This document shows, one piece after another, positions 1 to 6,002 of a stretch of 11,759 bases of DNA. A program made the translations under genes and the position numbers. The notes under the pieces were generated by a model, which saw only the letters and a program-made list of their open reading frames with translations, had not been told where the DNA came from and made no database searches. This DNA comes from Candidatus Nanohaloarchaea archaeon. Its GTDB lineage: Archaea > Nanohalarchaeota > Nanosalinia > Nanosalinales > Nanosalinaceae. Location: positions 1 through 11,759 of the forward strand of contig JBEQBC010000019.1 in NCBI GenBank assembly GCA_041640035.1. The letters run 5' to 3'. The first letter of the stretch is position 1. Each line of letters begins with the position of its first letter.

Positions 1-47
1 GCTTCATCGAAAAGACAGAGAAACATGTAAAGAAGCTGGAAGATTAG
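1..47 (+). CDS. Probable 3' end of an upstream CDS (partial), ...FIEKTEKHVKKLED*
   Basis: Frame 3 (TTC at 3) is open to TAG at 45-47, with A-rich codons like those of neighbouring genes. Only 14 codons are visible, so no product can be assigned. Confidence 0.45.
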   Translation, partial: FIEKTEKHVKKLED

Positions 48-132
48 AACTTTCTGAATTTACAGGTTTACAGTACTGAATACCTGCATGTTTTAAACCA
101 AGGCAACACCATAATTTACTGTAGAACCCGCC

Positions 133-951
133 ATGTTCAATGTTGGATCGGAAGACAAGGAAAAATTGAGAGAAAACATGGAAGAAATCAAAGACCTTAT
201 ACAAGGCAGAGACGAGGACAGTTCAAAAGGATTCGAACCACCTCAAGAAACGGAAACCTCACCACAGGACGACGGCTTTGATTCACAGACAGGTCCATCC
301 AACCTGGAATCAAACCAAAACAACCCGGTAAACCAGGTTGAAGAAACTGGCGGAGACGGATTCCTAGAGGAAACTGATGAAGAGATTGATTCTGGAGTTC
401 AACAGAACTCAGGTAACGCAGGTCTCCAAGAAACCAATAATGAAGAGCTGAACACAGCGCAGAACACCGGAAACGGATTTAATCAACAGGAGCAGAATCA
501 GGGTCAACAACCTGTACAGAATCAAGGCTCTAACAATCAGGTTCAGCAGACACCCCAACAGAATAATATTGAGCAGTCTAATCAGCAGCAGACCGGAAAT
601 CCTCTTCAGCAGTCAGCACAGCAACAACCAAGAGATGATAACCAGCAGCGAAATGAAAGCCAAGTAGTTAACAGTTCAGGAATACAAGAAGGCAATCAGA
701 GAAATGAAGGTAGACCTAGTGGTTCTGGGAGCCAGAAACTGTTCCTTGAAGTTGAAAGGTTTGAGAAGGTTAAGGATATGATTGATGAGATGCAGCAGTT
801 GACTTCTGAAATCGAGGATACTTCTGAGGACTTGGAAAGCCAGATAGATAGGGAAAGAGAAAGTGAGAACCAGGCTCAGCAGCTTCTTGAAAACTTTTCT
901 GACCGGAAGAATCAGGTTGAAGATGTGGTTCTGGACTCGGAAGAAAACTAA
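133..951 (+). CDS. Hypothetical protein, 272 aa: short N-terminal helix, long acidic then Q/N-rich disordered linker, C-terminal coiled coil
   Basis: Long ORF with ATG start and a TATA-like TTTTAAAC at 91-98. N-terminal helix KEKLRENMEEIKDLIQG, central QQ/NQ/NN-rich tract, C-terminal heptad-like segment starting KLFLEVERFEKVKDMIDEM. Confidence 0.88.
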   Translation: MFNVGSEDKEKLRENMEEIKDLIQGRDEDSSKGFEPPQETETSPQDDGFDSQTGPSNLESNQNNPVNQVEETGGDGFLEETDEEIDSGVQQNSGNAGLQETNNEELNTAQNTGNGFNQQEQNQGQQPVQNQGSNNQVQQTPQQNNIEQSNQQQTGNPLQQSAQQQPRDDNQQRNESQVVNSSGIQEGNQRNEGRPSGSGSQKLFLEVERFEKVKDMIDEMQQLTSEIEDTSEDLESQIDRERESENQAQQLLENFSDRKNQVEDVVLDSEEN

Positions 952-977
952 AAAGAGTTCTCAACAATTTTTGAGTT

Positions 978-1205
978 ATGGAAGAAAAAGAAATCAGAGA
1001 AGTCCTGGAAGAATACAAGGACGCACATACTCCTGAAAAACTTGTTTCTCTACTTACCGAAGAACTAATTGAAGAACTTGAAAGCATGCCAGCGGAGAAT
1101 GAGAGGCAGAAACACAATCTCAACCTGAAGATAAGAAACCTGGAAGAGGAACTGGACTGGGTTGAGAACAACAAGTTAGCTGAGTTCGACCCTGAACAGC
1201 AGTGA
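978..1205 (+). CDS. Small acidic helical hypothetical protein, 75 aa
   Basis: ATG start 26 nt after the previous stop, Glu-rich amphipathic composition matching the rest of the proteome, fills the gap before the rpl7ae promoter. No family recognised. Confidence 0.8.
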   Translation: MEEKEIREVLEEYKDAHTPEKLVSLLTEELIEELESMPAENERQKHNLNLKIRNLEEELDWVENNKLAEFDPEQQ

Positions 1206-1227
1206 ACCAGGCACCGAGGGTTTAGGG

Positions 1228-1235
1228 TATAAAAA
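1228..1235 (+). promoter_or_regulatory. TATA box of the rpl7ae-rps28e-rpl24e transcript
   Basis: TATAAAAA at 1228-1235. Typical archaeal spacing would put the start site near 1258-1262, just 5' of the kink-turn. Confidence 0.7.
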
Positions 1236-1265
1236 AGTTCTATTCTCTTACAGTTTGTAACACAG

Positions 1266-1291
1266 ACCTTGATGAACAGTTTGTGAAAGGT
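1266..1291 (+). promoter_or_regulatory. Kink-turn in the rpl7ae 5' UTR (L7Ae autoregulatory element) overlapping the SD
   Basis: ACCUU-GAU-GA-ACA-GUU-UGU-GA-AAGGU: 5-bp canonical stem, 3-nt bulge ending in U, tandem G-A/A-G pairs, 3-bp stem and triloop. The 3' arm is the SD-like AAGGTG (1287-1292). Confidence 0.85.
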
Positions 1292-1304
1292 GTTTTCAAC
1301 AACA

Positions 1305-1682
1305 ATGGTATATCAAAAATTCGAACCATCCGACTCGCTCGCAGAGAAAACCTACAACGCAATCGAAAAAGCACGCGACACAGGAAAAGTCGTAATCGGT
1401 ACTAACGAAGTAACCAAAAGCATCGAACGAAACGATGCTGACCTGGTCGTAATCGCAGGAGATGTCTCCCCTGAAGAAATCGTTATGCACATCCCAAGCC
1501 TAGCGGACGAAAGAGACATCAGCTACACATTCGTACCTGAAAAAGAAGAACTCGGTCTAGCAGCAGGCATCAATGTACAGTCAGCTGCGATCGCAGTAAC
1601 CGACTCAGGTAACGCAGACGACCAGATCGAAGAGATCAGCGAAAAAGCAGAAGAACTTCTGGACGCAGAAGAAGAGGAATAA
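1305..1682 (+). CDS. rpl7ae: 50S ribosomal protein L7Ae (kink-turn-binding), 125 aa
   Basis: Motifs TGKVVIGTNEVTKSIER, LVVIAGDVSPEEIVMHIP, VPEKEELGLAAGI. Start placed at ATG 1305 (MVYQKFE) rather than GTG 1290, which lies inside the SD/kink-turn. Confidence 0.97.
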   Translation: MVYQKFEPSDSLAEKTYNAIEKARDTGKVVIGTNEVTKSIERNDADLVVIAGDVSPEEIVMHIPSLADERDISYTFVPEKEELGLAAGINVQSAAIAVTDSGNADDQIEEISEKAEELLDAEEEE

Positions 1683-1692
1683 ACCTTCCTCT
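1673..1692 (+). terminator. Stem-loop enclosing the rpl7ae stop codon (terminator or processing candidate)
   Basis: AGAGGAA (1673-1679) / loop TAAACC / TTCCTCT (1686-1692), a perfect 7-bp stem. The structure is seen; the function is inferred. Confidence 0.45.
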
Positions 1693-1744
1693 CCACTCAA
1701 AAATCTGCAAAATCCAGAAAATTACAATCTAAGGTAACAGGAAA

Positions 1745-1921
1745 ATGGTAAAAGCCAAGATCATCGAAGTAATCGGAGACCAAGGTCACAGAACCGTTCG
1801 AAAGGTTCGATGCCGAGTCCTCGAAGGAAACGAAGAAGGAAAGATCCTAGTAAGAAATGTCAGAGGACCGATCCGAGAAGACGATGTAGTACACATCAAA
1901 GAAACAGAGATGGAAGGATAG
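1745..1921 (+). CDS. rps28e: 30S ribosomal protein S28e, 58 aa (not in ORF track)
   Basis: Manual translation MVKAKIIEVIGDQGHRTVRKVRCRVLEGNEEGKILVRNVRGPIREDDVVHIKETEMEG*. Contains the S28e signature RNVxGPxRxxD and sits in the conserved position after rpl7ae. Confidence 0.96.
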   Translation: MVKAKIIEVIGDQGHRTVRKVRCRVLEGNEEGKILVRNVRGPIREDDVVHIKETEMEG

Positions 1922-1925
1922 GTGA
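1920..1925 (+). promoter_or_regulatory. Shine-Dalgarno site for rpl24e, overlapping the rps28e stop
   Basis: AGGTGA ending 9 nt before ATG 1935 and overlapping the TAG at 1919-1921. Confidence 0.7.
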
Positions 1926-1934
1926 CCAAATAAA

Positions 1935-2090
1935 ATGACAAAATGCGAATACTGTGGAGAAGAACTTGCCCGCACACAGGGCAAACTCGTGGTAGAAACC
2001 AACGGCAACAAGCACTTCTACTGCTCAGGTAAATGCGAGAAGAACGCAGCCAACAACAGGAACCACGGATACTCCAGCGACGAGGAATAA
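1935..2090 (+). CDS. rpl24e: 50S ribosomal protein L24e, 51 aa (not in ORF track)
   Basis: Manual translation MTKCEYCGEELARTQGKLVVETNGNKHFYCSGKCEKNAANNRNHGYSSDEE*. CxxCG and CSxKC zinc motifs, conserved position after rps28e. Confidence 0.93.
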   Translation: MTKCEYCGEELARTQGKLVVETNGNKHFYCSGKCEKNAANNRNHGYSSDEE

Positions 2091-2118
2091 ACACTTCCTC
2101 ACCACCTTTCTTTCTCTC
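2082..2118 (+). terminator. Stem-loop enclosing the rpl24e stop codon followed by a pyrimidine tract
   Basis: GAGGAA (2082-2087) / loop TAAACAC / TTCCTC (2095-2100), followed by CCTTTCTTTCTCTC. Confidence 0.5.
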
Positions 2119-2166
2119 AATACTTACCAACTTTAACTTCTGAAACCCTTCTCAGAATTCCGTCGA

Positions 2167-2174
2167 TATATAAA
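2167..2174 (+). promoter_or_regulatory. Candidate TATA box for infB
   Basis: TATATAAA about 50 nt upstream of ATG 2224, with an SD-like GGAGG at 2203-2207 in between. Confidence 0.55.
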
Positions 2175-2223
2175 ATTTTACTGGCATCTATTGCCGTGTA
2201 AGGGAGGGGTTAGAAACTAGAAA

Positions 2224-3978
2224 ATGCCGCGTCAACCAATACTTTCAGTTCTCGGACATGTAGACTCCGGAAAAACCACACTACTCGACCGTATCAGAGA
2301 ATCAAGAATAGTAGACGGCGAGGAAGGTGGCATCACACAGATGATCGGAGCCACCGAAATACCCTTAGAAACCATCGAAGATGTATGCGGCGACCTTCTA
2401 CAACAACTTGACACTGACATAACCATACCAGGAATGCTTTTCATCGATACACCAGGACACGCAGCATTCTCATCACTCAGAAAACGGGGAGGCAGTATCA
2501 GCGATATCTCAATCGTAGTAGTAGATATACAGCAGGGAATACAGCCACAGACAGAAGAAGCACTGAAGATCCTGCAGGACACCAACACTCCCTTCATAAT
2601 CGCACTGAACAAGATAGACACCCTACCTGGATGGCAAAGCGAGCACAACCTCTTCACCAAGAACCTGCAGGAACAGACCGATAGAAACCAGCAGAAACTT
2701 GATGAAGAGATATACAGCTTAATGGGTGACCTACACGACCAGACAGGAGTTACCGCAGAAAGATTCGACCGTGTAGACGACTTCCAGAAAAAAGCAGCGA
2801 TCGTACCGATCAGCGCAATGACAGGAGAAGGAATACCGGAACTACTGATGACACTGACCGGATTAAGCCAGAACTACCTCTCAGACCAGCTCGAAACACA
2901 TGACGACAGCATAGGAAAAGGAACAGTACTGGAAGTAACCAAAGAAAAGGGACTGGGAACAACACTAGACATAATACATTACGACGGCACAATCAACGCC
3001 GACGATACCTTAATATACGGAACACAGGACGGAGTGAAGACAACAGATATCAGAGCACTACTCCAACCCCGACCGCTCAAAGAGATAAGAGTAGACAAGC
3101 AGTACAGCCAGGTCGACAGCATTGAACCAGCATCCGGAGTCAAGATATCCGGAAAAGACCTTGAAGGGGCAATAGCCGGAGCACCAGTAAGAACCACAGC
3201 AGAAAATGTCGAAGAAGTCAAAGAAAAAGTAAGAGAAGAACTTGACACGATCGAGTTCGAGACACAGAACGAGGGAATAATGGTTAAAGCCGACTCCCTT
3301 GGATCACTGGAAGCAATTATGCGAGAAATAGAAGACATACCGGTACAGGAAGCCAAAGTCGGACCTGTAAAGAAAAACGATGTAGTAAAAGTAGAAAATG
3401 AGGATCCTGAACACAGAGCAGTCTTCGCCTTCAATGTAGGAATCACAGACCAAGCACAGGACATGATCGAAGACAAGGGAATCGAACTTTTCCACAACGA
3501 AGTAATATACAAGATAGTAGAAGACTACGAGGAATGGAAGGAAATTCTGGAAAAGAAACAACAGGAACAGGCACTGGAAAAGATTCCAAGACCTGGCAAG
3601 ATCCAGTTGATGCCTCAACACATATTCAATCAGGCCAAACCTGCCGTAATAGGAGCCAAAGTCAAGAAAGGCGTGATTAAACCCGATACAACGCTGATGA
3701 ACCAAGAAGGAGAAAAAGTCGGAAGACTGAAGGCGATACAGGAACAGAACGAAAGCATAGATCAGGCTACCAAAGGCGACGAAATAGCAGTATCAATCAG
3801 CGGAGCCACAGTAGGAAGAACCTTCGAAGACGACGCAGTACTACTGGCAGACCTGACAGGAAAACAGTACCGACAACTACAACACCTGGACGACCACATG
3901 TCAACAGGAGAAAAACAAGTTCTGGAAGAAATAGTAGATATCAAAGACAGTAAAGACCCTCACTGGAAAATAGGATAA
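2224..3978 (+). CDS. infB: Translation initiation factor aIF5B / IF2, 584 aa
   Basis: RQPILSVLGHVDSGKTTLLD (G1), GGITQMIGA, DTPGH (G3), NKID (G4), PISAMTGEGI, KADSLGSLEA. Length is typical of an intein-free archaeal aIF5B. Confidence 0.98.
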   Translation: MPRQPILSVLGHVDSGKTTLLDRIRESRIVDGEEGGITQMIGATEIPLETIEDVCGDLLQQLDTDITIPGMLFIDTPGHAAFSSLRKRGGSISDISIVVVDIQQGIQPQTEEALKILQDTNTPFIIALNKIDTLPGWQSEHNLFTKNLQEQTDRNQQKLDEEIYSLMGDLHDQTGVTAERFDRVDDFQKKAAIVPISAMTGEGIPELLMTLTGLSQNYLSDQLETHDDSIGKGTVLEVTKEKGLGTTLDIIHYDGTINADDTLIYGTQDGVKTTDIRALLQPRPLKEIRVDKQYSQVDSIEPASGVKISGKDLEGAIAGAPVRTTAENVEEVKEKVREELDTIEFETQNEGIMVKADSLGSLEAIMREIEDIPVQEAKVGPVKKNDVVKVENEDPEHRAVFAFNVGITDQAQDMIEDKGIELFHNEVIYKIVEDYEEWKEILEKKQQEQALEKIPRPGKIQLMPQHIFNQAKPAVIGAKVKKGVIKPDTTLMNQEGEKVGRLKAIQEQNESIDQATKGDEIAVSISGATVGRTFEDDAVLLADLTGKQYRQLQHLDDHMSTGEKQVLEEIVDIKDSKDPHWKIG

Positions 3979-3985
3979 GAATTAA

Positions 3986-4690
3986 TTATTCTCCGAACCA
4001 GGAATTCAAGCTACCTTCCGTAACCGACTTTACTTTGTTGTCAATTTGATCCTGTTCCTGCCCTATTTCATCTCTAAGGTCCTGTAAAGATTTCTCTGCT
4101 TTTTTAACATCCTCATGAAGTAAATTTTCAAGGACTTTAAGCTTCTCTTGTCTTTCCTCAATGAGGTTAATGAATGATTCTATAGACTCTGTGCCGCCAG
4201 CAAGGCCGTAACTACTTACGATCTCCTCACAAATTATAAACTTGTTTTTAGATAACTGATACCGATGTATGACATTTTCAGTTAGTTTGATTTCGCCTTC
4301 TCTAATTTGTTTTAGCTCATCGTCTGAAGGCATACTTATATTGCCCCAGTTATTTCCTCTATCTACGAATCGGCCATCTGCCTCTTTAAATTCCTCTGCA
4401 GCCTCTTCAAAAAGTTCCTCAAAACAGAAAGCAGCCAAAGCTTGAGAAGAAATACCCTTCTCTTCAGCAAAATCCGAAATGTCGTCCGCAGCCTGCCTCA
4501 TATCTCTTAACTCACGAGAATCGCTATTCCTATCAGTAGCAGTGAAAGTGTGCATATTATCCTCCACCCTATCAAATCCCTCAACAAAGTACTCTTCCCA
4601 ATACTGTTCCATTAGATTCTCCTCTTTCTTGGAAAATCTGTTCTTAAAGTAACTCTCTACTTTTGACCTCAATTGATCATGAATTCCCAT
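3986..4690 (-). CDS. Hypothetical acidic protein, 234 aa, with C-terminal coiled coil and PIP-box-like end
   Basis: Long ORF filling the infB-nreA gap, ATG start, acidic composition, AT-rich upstream element at about 4711-4722. Ends TEGSLNSWFGE. No family recognised. Confidence 0.85.
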   Translation of the reverse strand: MGIHDQLRSKVESYFKNRFSKKEENLMEQYWEEYFVEGFDRVEDNMHTFTATDRNSDSRELRDMRQAADDISDFAEEKGISSQALAAFCFEELFEEAAEEFKEADGRFVDRGNNWGNISMPSDDELKQIREGEIKLTENVIHRYQLSKNKFIICEEIVSSYGLAGGTESIESFINLIEERQEKLKVLENLLHEDVKKAEKSLQDLRDEIGQEQDQIDNKVKSVTEGSLNSWFGE

Positions 4691-4750
4691 AGACCAAATT
4701 GAATTTTGGACAAAAATAATAGATAGGGTCGCTTGTAGTACGCCACTCTA

Positions 4751-4757
4751 CTTATGA
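4751..4757 (+). promoter_or_regulatory. Candidate TATA box (CTTATGA) for a leaderless nreA transcript
   Basis: Begins 28 nt before ATG 4779, no SD visible. The same heptamer occurs at similar spacing before ribL. Confidence 0.5.
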
Positions 4758-4778
4758 GTTAAGACAAAAAATTCGAAT

Positions 4779-6002
4779 ATGGGATACGGCAAACTCGCGA
4801 AAGGTATGTCTGAGGAACAGGCGAAGAGAAAGCTGGAGTCAGTCATGCCTATACAGAATAATGCCAAGAAGTTTAACGGTTCGACCCCGCCAAGCGTTTT
4901 CATCGGCTCACACAACTATCCCAAGCCCAGTACCGGTGTGCTCTCACCGCAGCATCAAGGCGACTCGAAGCTGATGGACTCACCGGATAAATGGTACAGC
5001 GAAAACTACTCCATAGACAAGATCGCTTCACTCCGAACCAGCCTAGTCAACTCAAGAAAACAGACCAGAGTGAATAAGACTGATGAATTTGTGGATACAG
5101 CACGGGAAATCGCTATGGCCCGAAAACCGACACATGTCGAGGTAGAGCTGGATAAGAAGCCTTTCAACAGTGTGAATGCCGGACGGGTGAAACCGGTTTC
5201 AGCTTCCGGAGATCTGAAGCAGTTCAACCTGGGAGAGAACCCTTCAGTGAACAAGAAAGTGGAGGACGCATTCTACGACAAAGAATTTAAGGCAGAAAAC
5301 GCTGTGAAGAAACTTTACAGGAAGGGAGTAGATAACTACACGCTTCAGCAGGTTATGTCCACAGGGATGCTGGGAAAGAAGGAGAACCGGAAACTGGTTC
5401 CAACCCGGTGGAGTATTACCGCGACAGACGACACGATAGCCTCACAGATACTTGACGGAGTTAAGCAGAACCAGGAAATAGGACAGATCGAATACTACAA
5501 GAACAGCTACATCGGCAACAACTTCCACATATTCCTCATACCCGGAAAATGGGAGTACGAACTTCTCGAACTGAAACGCCCGGACTCAGCATGGAACGCG
5601 ATGCAGAACACATACATCGCGAACAACTACGAAGGATACTCAGGTCGTACAGAGTACGCAGAGGAAACAGCTGGAGCATACTACGCCACCAAACTAGGAA
5701 TCATGGAACATCTCCAGAAAAGGAACCGTCAGGCCAAAGCGGTAGTAGTTAGAGAGGTCACACCGGAGTACTGGGCGCCACTGGGAGTATGGGTGATTCG
5801 TGAAACAGTTCGTAACGCTTTCAGTAATCCTGAAGAACTTGAGAACATGGAACAGGTGAAATGGAAGCTGAACAGTAATTTCCGTTTCTTATTCAAGAGA
5901 ATAAAGAAAAGAAGTAAGATGCTGGACCGTCGCCAGTCCAGTCTTGACAGCTATCTTTCAACGAATTCTTCTTCCTCGAACTCTTCAAGGTTCAACACAT
6001 AG
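4779..6002 (+). CDS. nreA: Nre-family archaeal DNA repair protein (PCNA-interacting), 407 aa
   Basis: Motifs GSTPPSVFIGSHNYPK, RKLVPTRWSITATDD, GAYYATKLGIMEHL, REVTPEYWAPLGVWVIRETVR, plus PIP box QSSLDSYL near the C-terminus. Confidence 0.93.
   Translation: MGYGKLAKGMSEEQAKRKLESVMPIQNNAKKFNGSTPPSVFIGSHNYPKPSTGVLSPQHQGDSKLMDSPDKWYSENYSIDKIASLRTSLVNSRKQTRVNKTDEFVDTAREIAMARKPTHVEVELDKKPFNSVNAGRVKPVSASGDLKQFNLGENPSVNKKVEDAFYDKEFKAENAVKKLYRKGVDNYTLQQVMSTGMLGKKENRKLVPTRWSITATDDTIASQILDGVKQNQEIGQIEYYKNSYIGNNFHIFLIPGKWEYELLELKRPDSAWNAMQNTYIANNYEGYSGRTEYAEETAGAYYATKLGIMEHLQKRNRQAKAVVVREVTPEYWAPLGVWVIRETVRNAFSNPEELENMEQVKWKLNSNFRFLFKRIKKRSKMLDRRQSSLDSYLSTNSSSSNSSRFNT

Noticed and set aside
400-720. 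DNA tandem repeat underlying the Q/N-rich tract
   Set aside because: Codons vary (CAA/CAG, AAT/AAC) and no repeated nucleotide unit is visible. The low complexity is at the protein level.
1266-1291. Box C/D guide sRNA (TGATGA ... TGA)
   Set aside because: Too short for guide regions and lacks C'/D' boxes. A cis-acting leader k-turn explains it better.
1290-1304. GTG start for rpl7ae given by the ORF track
   Set aside because: It lies inside the SD/kink-turn arm. ATG 1305 gives a normal L7Ae N-terminus.
1698-1730. Short AAAATC-like periodic repeats between rpl7ae and rps28e
   Set aside because: Only three or four degenerate units in an A-rich spacer. Not a CRISPR array or a supportable tandem repeat.
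1786-2130. 114-aa minus-strand ORF
   Set aside because: Antisense shadow of rps28e and rpl24e, with a composition unlike the acidic proteome.
2138-2215. tRNA or MITE in the rpl24e-infB spacer
   Set aside because: No T-loop or cloverleaf on either strand, the arms rely on G-U pairs rather than DNA-level identity, and no target-site duplication is visible.
2232-3944. Several minus-strand ORFs inside infB, and similar ones inside nreA, xpd, ribL and sufB
   Set aside because: Ser/Phe/Leu-rich antisense shadows expected from GAA/GAC-rich sense codons.
2224-3978. Intein in aIF5B (also considered for SufB and XPD)
   Set aside because: All three have normal lengths and contiguous motifs, with no intein splice-junction or LAGLIDADG blocks.
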